Below, piece after piece: positions 38,993 to 49,118 of a stretch of DNA of 64,000 nt. This DNA comes from Rozella allomycis CSF55 (taxonomy: Eukaryota), in contig KE561167.1 of the NCBI GenBank assembly GCA_000442015.1, positions 1-64,000 on the forward strand. Direction: 5' to 3'. The position numbers and the translations under genes are program-made. Below the pieces are notes generated by a model. That model was not told the origin of the DNA. It was given only the letters and a program-made list of their open reading frames with translations, and did not search any database. Numbering within the stretch: the stretch's first letter is position 1; each line of letters starts with the position of its first letter.

Positions 38993-40082
38993 TTATTTTT
39001 TCTCTGGAATGCCATAAAGATAAATGGAAAATAATACAAAAAAGGTTCCAATCAAAAAGAGGAGAGAAGGTCGAAAATCCCATAAAATTGCAGATACAAT
39101 CATTGATATGATTATGGATAATGCGGCTGCAAATGATTTTAGTATATTATCGGCATACTTCATTACAAGGGCGACAATTAAGCCTCCTGCAGCCTGAAAT
39201 AAAATTACCAGCCACGTAGTTGAATTATATCCATGAAAAAATCCTAATTTTGATATCTGGCTTCCATCATTCATGAGCATTCCCGCAAAAGAAAACCCGA
39301 GACTAAAAACACCTAACTGTAAATTTCTAACCCATAAATTAGATGCCTTTGATTTAATTATTCTCTCGAAATAAACGCCAGCAAATCCAGATGAAAAACA
39401 TGCCAACAAAATGGAAACCAGCCCAATTATGGTAGTTCTATAATGATCATAATCCATGTCAACAACTTTCGTTTCTTGCTTTTTAGGTGAAGATGGAATT
39501 TGTACAAAGGCAACTCCTAAAGTCAAAATGATAAGAGCGAACCATTTCATTAAAGGAATTGATTTTCGGAGCAAAAAAACTGAAAATAAAGCTGTTGTCA
39601 GAATTTTCAATTGGTATGTAACCTGAAAGGTTACAGCGTCTAAATATGAAATAGCAAGAAATAGTATATTGTTTTGAAAGGCATATAATCCGGCAGGGAC
39701 CATCATCTTCATAGTTTCGTTCCAATCCTCTAGAAAACTCGATTTCAAGATCTTTGAAAAGCTCTTCTTTGAATTGAAACCAATGATCGTGGAACATATA
39801 AGAATCTTCAAAAATTCCATCATTACAACGGCTGTGGATGGGATATATAAACCATCTCCTTTAACAGCAGTCCTACTGTAACGCATTAATAGCACAAGAG
39901 CCGAATTTTGCAACACCAAACTAAATAAGCTTATCAATTTCATATTTCTTAATATCCTTGATTATTTTCAGTATTGTTATAACATACCAAGGAATGGTTA
40001 CTGGCCCATTATGAAGGGGAAGAAGATGTTCATTATCATATCTTGGTAAAATGGGGGAGTTATTTCGTGAACGACCATCCAT
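38993..40082 (-). CDS. SLC35A nucleotide-sugar (UDP-Gal/UDP-GlcNAc) transporter
   Basis: VPAGLYAFQNN, FQVTYQLKILTTALF, SGFAGVYFE, KYADNILKSF. Confidence 0.92.
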
Positions 40083-40189
40083 TTTATGCAAACAAAACCG
40101 TTGTGTTACTAACGGTTTGGGAAATTTCAGCAAAACATTTCTGAATTTTCCATATGTTTTTGTCAACCACCCTGGTCGGCAAAAAAGAA

Positions 40190-40802
40190 ATGACTGAATC
40201 AAAGGTAGGTATTTTCGAAATTTAAAGCTTTTTTGAGATCCTATGCTTTCATTTCTTGAAGAAAATTTTCTAATGTTTAGTACCACGAGTACCAAATTAT
40301 TGGTCGTAAGCTTCCAACCGCTGCGGAACCAGTTCCACGTTTATACAAGATGCGCGTCTTTGCTAAAAATGAAGTCGTTGGAAAATCTCGCTTTTGGTAC
40401 TTTTTGCAAAAGTTGAAGAAAGTTAAGAAAGCAAACGGTGAAATCGTTGCTGTTAACGAGATCTTTGAAAAGAGACCAAATCAAGTTAAAAACTATGGCA
40501 TCTGGTTACGTTATGACTCCAGAACTGGAACTCATAACATGTACAAGGAATATCGTGAAATGTCCCGTGTTGATGCTGTCCACTCTTGCTACCAAGATAT
40601 GGCTTCAAGACACCGTGCTCGTTTCCGTTCTATTCAAATCATAAAAGTCGAAGAAATTGCTAACTCTGACGTCCGTCGCCCATACATCAAACAACTCTTG
40701 GAACCTGGTCTCAAGTTCCCATTGCCACATCGTGTCTACCGCGCACCATCAAGACGTTACAAGAAGTTGTTCGTTGCTCATCGCCCAAGTACTTTTCAAT
40801 AA
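40190..40802 (+). CDS. RPL18A: 60S ribosomal protein eL20 (L18a)
   Basis: MTESK, 76-nt intron, [12 protein letters not shown]...KSRFWYFL...[16 protein letters not shown]. Confidence 0.95.
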
Positions 40803-40854
40803 ACATATTATTTGTCACTCATAAAACAATTGTTGAGTCAGAATTTAAATAGTT

Positions 40855-41744
40855 TTATTTAATGAATTTCGCTTGCAAAAAGATTCGATCGAGGTTCATC
40901 TGTTGTTTATGATTCGTTGTTTTCCGTAAGACGTAATCCGAATACTGGCATTTGAAGCCACATTCATGAAACAAAGATTGTAACTCGTCGCGTTCAAAAT
41001 AATATGCGAATGTGCCATCTTGCCTTACATAAAAGTTGTCATTGATTTTGTTGTTAGAATTAAACCGTAGTTGCGCTGCGTCGTATCTAGCATAATCGCG
41101 AAATAAAATAATGCCACCAGGTTTCAAAATCTTTGACAAAATTTGGATAATTTTACATTGTAGATATTTTTAATGGCCTTTTTCATGGAATCTGGGTTCA
41201 AGGCTGAAAATACAAAAACACTGGACACGATATCAACGGAATCGGCTGAAATAGTTTCCAGTAAATTATCTTCTACAATATTAGCAACAAAGGCTAGTCG
41301 ATTTTCATCATTTCCGTTTCTGTACAATTCATTTTCCTTTTAATGACTTCGTAACACGATTACCTTCAAAATATCTATGGCGCTATTGGCGAAATCACAA
41401 GCGTAAACTTTAGCCAATTGAAATTCATTCATAATTGGTAATATAAAGTTGCCAACTCCACATCCTATCTCCAAGATCGTTTTCCCGTTCAATGAAAGTA
41501 ATTCTGGGAACTCTCGCGTTGTCCAATGTCTGTCTTTATAAAATCTATTTCCATTTCTTTTATAAAATTTGTCCCAATTTTTTGACGCTTCCTTGGTATA
41601 TTTATTTTGCCAGAATTCTGGAACACCACTTGACACGTTTGAGATGGACTGTTTTGCTGACGAAACATAATTATCTGGCAAACTATCTAGTGTCTCTATA
41701 GAGCATTTCTTCTCCAACTGTAGTTCTAAATTATTTTCAGTCAT
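40855..41744 (-). CDS. tRNA m3C methyltransferase (METTL2/6, Trm140 family)
   Basis: WDKFYK...FYKDRHW..REFPEL, LEIGCGVGN, FRDYARYD, YVRQDGT. Confidence 0.9.
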
Positions 41745-41758
41745 ACGGTGGCGAGGCT

Positions 41759-42014
41759 ATGCGTACAACACTAGAGAAAAAGCAACTAGAAATATATGAC
41801 ATGATTGCTTTGAAACAGACCATAGAAAATAAAAGGGACGCAATCAAACAACTTAACGCCAATGTCGATTTAGTTTTGAAGGCTGTAGAGGGTATCACTA
41901 TTTTTTTTCTCTTCAAAAGGTTCTAATAATGTATTGAAAAAATGGGATGATACATTTAAAATAGCTAAGCAAATCAATCAAACAAATTCTATAACAAAAG
42001 CCTCTGAAAACTAG
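41759..42014 (+). CDS. Small coiled-coil protein, possibly DASH/Dam1 subunit Dad2
   Basis: Not in ORF track; manual splice of a 28-nt intron gives MRTTLEKKQLEIYDMIALKQ...AVEGSNNVLKKWDDTFKIA. Confidence 0.4.
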
Positions 42015-42105
42015 ACAATTTGACATCAACCTTTGATCACATAAAAAAAGTAGCTTAAAATTGATTAGATCAGAAGATTTTTATTTTTGGCTTTTGTTAC
42101 TAAAA

Positions 42106-44095
42106 ATGAGCTATTATGCCCGTTTTAAACTTGAAACAGTCACTCCTGAGGAACTGGTCATGTACACATCCGAGTTCAATTTAACATTATTGAATCGCTC
42201 TCAACGCGCAATTGATAGACTTTCAACCCGGAGAGTCTCTTTATTTTACAATTCGAAAATTGGACAAGATGCGAATGATACGTTCTACACTGCGCAAAAC
42301 TATTTCTTTGGAAGACACAATTTTGACCAGGATTTTGTCGAAGCCTTTAAATATTACCGTGAGGCAGCAGAATTGGGTCATGGATTAGCTGTAACCCTTG
42401 TCGGCTTTTGCTATGAGTTTGGCTACGGAGTTTCGATAGACTACAGCAAAGCCGAGAAGTATTATATGGTAGCTTTGGAATCCTATGTGGAGCCTTTTGC
42501 CCTTTGTAGAATGGCATTTCTGAGGAAATATGGCAGACCAGGAATAAAAATTGATATTTTGGAGGCTGAAATATTGGCCGAAAGACTTCAAGAGTACAAA
42601 TTGGCAGAGCCTGTCAAGTGGTTGGTATATGCAGCTGAAACTTATCAAAATTCATCGGCACAGTATTGTTTGGGAGTTTGTTACCATGATGGCTTCGGTG
42701 TAGATGTAAATTTGACCAAGGCTGTCTATTACTATGAATTATCTGCTAATCAAGGGCATGCTCGAGGTCAAGGAATATTGGGCTATTGTTTTGCTGAAGG
42801 AGTTGGTGTCCAGAAGAATCCTGTAGCATCTTTTCGCTGGTACATGAAAGCCGCGCAGCAGGCTGAATGCGTGGCCATGTACAATGTTGGGTAATTTCTT
42901 TTATTTCCTCGAGATTTAGATTCTGTTTGGAAGACGGTGTTGGTTGCAAAAAGGACTTGGCTGAAGCATTTTATTGGTATTCAAAATCAGCTGAGCTAGG
43001 GAATTGTTTCGCTCAAAATTCTCTAGGATACTTTTACGAAGAGGGTATTTATGTTGAGAAAAATCATTTAATGGCTTTTAAATATTATTTGCTTGCGGGA
43101 GAACAAGGCTATCCGTGGGCACAATGCAATTTGGGCTATTGTTGTCAACAAGGAATAGGATGCGAAATAGATATGGAAGAAGGAGCTAAATGGTATTTAA
43201 AGGCCGCTCTACAAAATCATTCTAGAGCGATACACAATTTAGGTAACCTTGTAAACGTTAAAATAATTAAGGCTATTGCTATCAGCATGGATTGGGTGTT
43301 CCAAAAGATTTAAAGAAGGCATTAGAATGGTATTATAAAGCAGCTGAACAAAAGAATACTTTCGCGTTGCATAGTTGTGGTTATTGCTATCAAAACGGAA
43401 TCGGAGTTGAAAAAGACGACAGAAAAGCATTTAGCTTTTTTTACCAGGCGGCAGAATTAGACCACGCACCCGCGATGCTTTCTTTGGGTCTTGCGTATCG
43501 CCAAGGTAGCGGATGCGAAAAAGATGACGTCGAAGCGTTGAAATGGTTCTTGAGAGCAGCAGAGTTGGGCTTGGCTACCGCCCAGAATTCCGTTGGTTAT
43601 GCTTATGAAGAAGGCATTGGAACTTCAGTTGACATACAAAAAGCGGTTAAATGGTACAAAAAGGCTGCTGAACAGGAAAATTTATACTCCATGTGCAATC
43701 TTGCATCCTTGTTGATAGATTGGAAAAAGAATGGCCTGGAAAGAAATGATAAATACGCTTTCGAATTGCTGTTAAGATCATCAGAATTGGGACTTCATAG
43801 AAGCATGAATAAATTGGGGCATTGCTATGAAAACGGGATTGGAACTGACATAGATTTGTCTACGGCATTTTCATGGTATTTAAAGGCATCTGAAGAATAC
43901 ACTTGTGCCTACATTAACGTAGCAAAATGCTACGATTATGGCATAGGAGTTGAACGCGACACGGAAAAGGCCATTGAATTTTATTCTAAGTCTGCCGTAA
44001 GTGGTAACAGAACTGCAGCTGAGCGTATGCTGTCACTTCTTACCAGCTCCAATGGGATTTCATTCGAGCATGGATGCGCTGCTATGTGCGCTTAA
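42106..44095 (+). CDS. Sel1-repeat protein
   Basis: Many AQ..LG.CY..G.GV..D..KA..WY..AAE.G repeats over three exons. Confidence 0.92.
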
Positions 44096-44196
44096 ATAAA
44101 AAATTAAGACTTCTATTTTCATGGATATATTTTAATATAGAACGAACGTATGTTAATTTCTACAAAAAACAGCCACAGATTTGGAAAACTTCCGAT

Positions 44197-45561
44197 ATGG
44201 CCTGGACATCTCATCACTCTGAATTACTATGCGTGATAGTGGCTATGGGCATTTTCTACGGTTTTCCAGCCTTTTTATGTATAAAACAAAGACGAATTAG
44301 TATGATACACATGCGAATGGTTCCATTAATGCTCCTTTGTATGATTTCGTCATTTTGTGCATCACTCAACACAGTTATAAATTTGGAATATTTTAAGGAG
44401 GAGATTTATTATCCATGTCTGGCTCGTGTAATTGTAGGTAACTTTGTTGTCCCGCTTTGGATTTACACTTACATTTACCGGGCACTATTTTTGATCTGTC
44501 AAGATTATATTCAAAACAGAAAAAGCAAAAGTACAAAAAATCAAATTGAAAGTTATGACAAACGTAAGAGGTCAAAATTCATAAATTGGCTGGCCGTAAG
44601 ACTTTTTGCAGTAAAGACAACATACAAGGCAATAGAAAACTCAAAATCAGCAAATTCAAATTCAGAGGGTAATAAAGGAAGCAACAGTCATCAAGATGGT
44701 TATTCTTATGTAGTTTATGGAATTCCATCAAGTTTATCTATTCGCTCGACTATCAAGTGTAGTTTTATAGCTATAGGAATAGAGACATTATGTTGTATGA
44801 TCAATTTAACAACTGCTTATGAATCATTCTTTAAATCATGTCCATTCTCTGTGCTTTGGCCTTTGAACATTCACCGCATCTTATTGTATTGTTTATGCTC
44901 GTTAATAATGTTTGAGATGCGCCATGTACACGACTTGTATAATATTAAGAGAGAGCTTTTTATATCTATATTTGTTTCTCTTATATTTTCGATTGTATAT
45001 TTTGCTGTGAATTTATGGCCAACTGAAAATATTCTAAGAAGCATTGGTAGCAATATTTGGACCTTATTCAGTTATATTGTAGGGCATGTATATTCATGTA
45101 TTCTTCCTTTGGTATATAGCTTCCGTAATAAGTCTATTCAATTAAATTGTACAAAAGATGAGTTCGAAAAGGCAATGAAAGATCCCTTGGTGTTTGAGCA
45201 ATTGAAAGACCTTGCTATTAGACGATTTGAAGTGGAAAATGTTATTTTTTATGAAGACTATCAAAAGCTTCTTGGTATGTATAATATGGACATGTCTTCT
45301 TCGCAACTTTCCCCAAAGGGTAATCAAGGTAAAATGCTAACATTGCCGTTAAAAGAATTAAAGAAATATGTAAGCCATATGTACGCTAAATTTATTGTTT
45401 CGGGCGCGCCATACGAACTCAATGTTCCCCACAAAATAATTGATGCGGCTAGAAATGAGGAAAACTTTGAGCAACTAGAAATTATAGCCAAAGAAGTCAA
45501 TTCAATGCTATATTCAAACACTTTCCGTCAGTATGTATTGCGTCAGGATAAAAAGCAATAA
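44197..45561 (+). CDS. Multi-TM (7TM-like) protein with C-terminal RGS domain
   Basis: About seven hydrophobic segments, then EVENVIFYED...MYAKFIVSGAPYELNV RGS motifs; intronless. Confidence 0.8.
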   Translation: MAWTSHHSELLCVIVAMGIFYGFPAFLCIKQRRISMIHMRMVPLMLLCMISSFCASLNTVINLEYFKEEIYYPCLARVIVGNFVVPLWIYTYIYRALFLICQDYIQNRKSKSTKNQIESYDKRKRSKFINWLAVRLFAVKTTYKAIENSKSANSNSEGNKGSNSHQDGYSYVVYGIPSSLSIRSTIKCSFIAIGIETLCCMINLTTAYESFFKSCPFSVLWPLNIHRILLYCLCSLIMFEMRHVHDLYNIKRELFISIFVSLIFSIVYFAVNLWPTENILRSIGSNIWTLFSYIVGHVYSCILPLVYSFRNKSIQLNCTKDEFEKAMKDPLVFEQLKDLAIRRFEVENVIFYEDYQKLLGMYNMDMSSSQLSPKGNQGKMLTLPLKELKKYVSHMYAKFIVSGAPYELNVPHKIIDAARNEENFEQLEIIAKEVNSMLYSNTFRQYVLRQDKKQ

Positions 45562-45634
45562 ATTAATCACAAATTCACAATCAAATAATCAATCCATTAT
45601 TTTTCATCTGTGATATCATCGATGATTTATCATT

Positions 45635-46764
45635 GATGAAATAGGGGTATATATATTCTAGCCAAAGCGACGACCTACACAAATAATGATCCAATTGGCT
45701 TTGTTTGCTACTTTGGCATATCCAGTTCTAAGTCAAAATTTAACGGCGGCTATATCTAATCAACAAAACCTTACTCAATTCTCAAATCTAACGTCTTCTG
45801 CAGCCAACTTTACGACAATTTTAAATAATCAAGGGCAAAACGCAACTTTATTCGTGCCAATCAATTCAGCTTATACGTATCAAAATAATTCAGGGATGGT
45901 ATCAGTCAACGTAACAAGTCCATTTTTGAATCAATCCATTTCTAATGCTCTAAATTTGACCAATTTATTGTCGTATCATTTGATTCCAGGACAGTCTCTT
46001 CAACTAAACGTGTCAAACAGTTCCTCACAAATGCTTTTCCATACGCCAGAAAGTCGAAATCAGTCTGTGGAAATTTTTTACACTGCTTTGAATGACACTC
46101 AAGCTGTGATGCTCCCAGGAAACAATTCTCAAGTGCTCATAATCCACAATCACAATGATACAAATCCATACATCAAGTTTGGTCCATATAAAGAGGCTAA
46201 TGTATTGCAAGGAGGAAACGCAACTAACGGTGTTTGGTACAGTCTAGATTCAGTTTTGGTTCCACCAAGAAATCTCAGTTTTACGTTATTGCAAGCGAAT
46301 TTATCCATGATGTATTCAATTCTACAAGCATCCAACATGTCAAATCAGCTAGAAAATACGCCAGGAGTAACTCTTTTTGCCCCAATTGACAGCGCATTTC
46401 CAAGCAATTTTAACGCATCCAACATGACCATGGCAAATTCTTTTATTCAAAATTATACTGTAATTTCCAACAAGACTGCTTATTACTCTCCATTATTTTT
46501 GAACAATTCAATTCCTCAAAATGAAACAACCATGGCCGGTCAAAACCTTTCTTACACTGCTCAAAACTGGTTCAACATTACTATCAATGGATCTCAAATA
46601 GTTAACTCTGATATACTTACCATGAATGGAGTTGTGCAAATGATAGACAAGTTCTTTAACAATAACATGAATTCAACTGCTCTTCCACCCATTCAACAAG
46701 CGGCGGGCGCTTCTTTTTGGAAGCAAGTTTTCGGTTAAATTAACTAAATAAATTTGGCATTTGA
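45635..46764 (+). repeat. Left arm of ~1.1 kb inverted duplication (partner 57767-58895)
   Basis: Whole fasciclin CDS plus TATA-like upstream and AATAAA region recur in reverse complement. Confidence 0.92.
45686..46738 (+). CDS. Secreted two-domain fasciclin (FAS1) glycoprotein, copy 1
   Basis: TLFVPINSA, LLSYHLIP, TLFAPIDSAF, NGVVQMID; many N-x-S/T sequons. Confidence 0.88.
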   Translation: MIQLALFATLAYPVLSQNLTAAISNQQNLTQFSNLTSSAANFTTILNNQGQNATLFVPINSAYTYQNNSGMVSVNVTSPFLNQSISNALNLTNLLSYHLIPGQSLQLNVSNSSSQMLFHTPESRNQSVEIFYTALNDTQAVMLPGNNSQVLIIHNHNDTNPYIKFGPYKEANVLQGGNATNGVWYSLDSVLVPPRNLSFTLLQANLSMMYSILQASNMSNQLENTPGVTLFAPIDSAFPSNFNASNMTMANSFIQNYTVISNKTAYYSPLFLNNSIPQNETTMAGQNLSYTAQNWFNITINGSQIVNSDILTMNGVVQMIDKFFNNNMNSTALPPIQQAAGASFWKQVFG

Positions 46765-47109
46765 TATTATTTTAATTGTTTTTTTGGAAGATAACGACCT
46801 CTTCGACCTTCCTAGTTTGATTGCACAATCGCCATCATCAATGGAAAAAGCAAGGTGCATTATGTCCATTTGCTTCTTTCACAGAGGCGGAAGAATAGAA
46901 AAAGTAAGAAAAAAAGGATTCATCTTTTCTATGAATCTATCGTTTTAGGCACGAGGCATTGTACGTCTATCTCTGTTGCAGAAGTTGCCTTGGTTTTACT
47001 ATGTAAATCTAAAGGTAAATTTTGTAAGGAAAGGTTTAAATAGAGATGATTGAACTTAAAAAATGAACTCGCCCCTTAAGAAGATGATTATGCTAGCTAA
47101 AAAATATCT

Positions 47110-48816
47110 TTATTCCAATTGTATAAATTCATGTGATAAAGCTACCGATTTCTTGTAGAATGCAGCACCAATCAAATGAACAGAGTACCCATGAAGATCA
47201 TGATAATACTGTGTATTATGAATTTGCTGCCGAGCCGCGCCTGGATCTTGATCAGTGTTGTTACCTGACCGATCAACCTTGAACTCAAAAATAAAAGCTG
47301 TTTTAAATTTCACAAATTGGATTCTAATATCATATCTCCCAAGAGCTACCTCCTTGATCGAAGTAACTAGAACCGAATCGTCCTCATGTAGGCAACCAAG
47401 AAAGATTCCAAAGTAAAAGCAATGGTAAGGTGCTTCTGGATACTGCCTTCTTGTCAAATCTTGACTAGAGGCATTGAGTAAAACGTCTTGCATAAATTCT
47501 AGACAACCTTGACGACTGAATTCCCCTCGCGGATCAAACAACGCTCTGACTTGATCACCATACTTGTTTTTAACAGCGGTTTTAAATAAAGGAAGTATTT
47601 GCGTTTCCCAATAATTTTTCACTTCAGTGTTTGGAATAATCACTTTATTTTGATGGAAAGTCAGATAACCAGACAATACAAGAAACGTCACTACCTTCGG
47701 CGTATCCCATTCGTCATCATAATTGACTTGTGTGTTATTCAGATTAATATCAAATGGATCGCCATCAAAGAACAGATTAAAAACTTCCATAAGCATCAAT
47801 TGTTCATGGCCTTTGAGGTAATTCTGAAGTTCACTATAATTAGCAGTTCCAATCCAATAATTCCTAAACTGTTTTCCTTTAAGTAGCCACGAGTTCACAG
47901 ACCATGGATTCATGACATGTGAATTTCCAAAGTGGTACCCATTGTACCAGTGAACTACTTCATTCAATTCCTCCTCATCAACTCCCAACTGACGAACTTC
48001 TTCTAACGTAAATCCAAAGCATGAAGAATATTTATCATCCAAAAATGAATAGATAGTAACATTATTCCAACTGGACAGTATGTCTGTTCCCCTGATTTCT
48101 AGTATTCCCATTAGGCAAGCCTTGTAAAGTGCATTGTTATCCTTCAAAGCCATAGAAAAAAATGAGACAAAGAAATCTATAGCTTCATCATAAAATCCTT
48201 TTCTGTGTGCATTGTTCAAAGGTGCATCGTACTCATCGATCAGTACAATGACTTGTGTTTTGTGGTACTCGTATAGTATTTTCATCAGCATTGCCAAACA
48301 CTTTCGAACATTTGTCAATTTTGGAGTAGACGATGATTCTTTGTACATACCATAAAGTGGATCATTCGGACAAACACCTTTCATTGCTTCATGGTGAGGT
48401 CGCGCTGATACTTTAACTACTTCCCAAAGCCCATCAATACACTCCTCAAATGATTTTCCGGTAGCATCCTTCAAATTCATGTGAATCACAGGGTATTTCC
48501 CACAATATTTTTCCATAAATGTTCCCTGGTCTTCAACTTTTCTCTTTTTTGACGATGTAAAAGGGCCTTTATCAACTTCAAACTCTCTGTCAAAAATATA
48601 TAATCCCTTAAATAAATTTGGATTAGTTCCGATGCTGAAAAAAGAGTTCAACATGGACAAGTTCAAACTCTTTCCAAATCTTCTTGGACGGAGGATAATG
48701 TCAACTTCTGATGCACTTTGAATGAATTCTTCGATAAAGTGTGTCTTATCCACGAATACAGCGTTTGTTTGCCGAAATTCTTCAAAAGATGATGGGCCTA
48801 CCAACAAAGGCTTCAT
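47110..48816 (-). CDS. Bacterial-type AAA-ATPase-like protein with C-terminal PD-(D/E)XK nuclease
   Basis: FVDKT, Walker A RPRRFGKS, Walker B LIDEYD, WYNGY, NPWS, then E.PYH...GRYDI...IFEFK...ARQQI; intronless. Confidence 0.88.
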   Translation of the reverse strand: MKPLLVGPSSFEEFRQTNAVFVDKTHFIEEFIQSASEVDIILRPRRFGKSLNLSMLNSFFSIGTNPNLFKGLYIFDREFEVDKGPFTSSKKRKVEDQGTFMEKYCGKYPVIHMNLKDATGKSFEECIDGLWEVVKVSARPHHEAMKGVCPNDPLYGMYKESSSTPKLTNVRKCLAMLMKILYEYHKTQVIVLIDEYDAPLNNAHRKGFYDEAIDFFVSFFSMALKDNNALYKACLMGILEIRGTDILSSWNNVTIYSFLDDKYSSCFGFTLEEVRQLGVDEEELNEVVHWYNGYHFGNSHVMNPWSVNSWLLKGKQFRNYWIGTANYSELQNYLKGHEQLMLMEVFNLFFDGDPFDINLNNTQVNYDDEWDTPKVVTFLVLSGYLTFHQNKVIIPNTEVKNYWETQILPLFKTAVKNKYGDQVRALFDPRGEFSRQGCLEFMQDVLLNASSQDLTRRQYPEAPYHCFYFGIFLGCLHEDDSVLVTSIKEVALGRYDIRIQFVKFKTAFIFEFKVDRSGNNTDQDPGAARQQIHNTQYYHDLHGYSVHLIGAAFYKKSVALSHEFIQLE

Positions 48817-49118
48817 ATGTGGCGCATCATGTGCCTATAGCAAGACTTTTTAAGAGAGGCAAATTTTCCAGGTCATCTAAGCCCAAGTTAGGAGAATTAT
48901 GGTGGGCGAGACTTAGGAACATTAGCGCAACAGTTAATTGTTAATCCACCTTTAAAAACATAGCATTGGGATATAGATCTATTTAAACATCGATATAAAT
49001 ACATACTTGATGCTTCAAAGTTTGCAAACGATAAAGCAATTGGTTATTTAAGTAAAGAAAATTAATACGTGGCTGACGCGACCGTACTCTCAATTTGATC
49101 TTTGAAAAACTTATCCAG

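Noticed and set aside
40205-40280. Unusually long (76 nt) ribosomal-protein intron as a possible snoRNA host
   Set aside because: No C/D or H/ACA boxes visible
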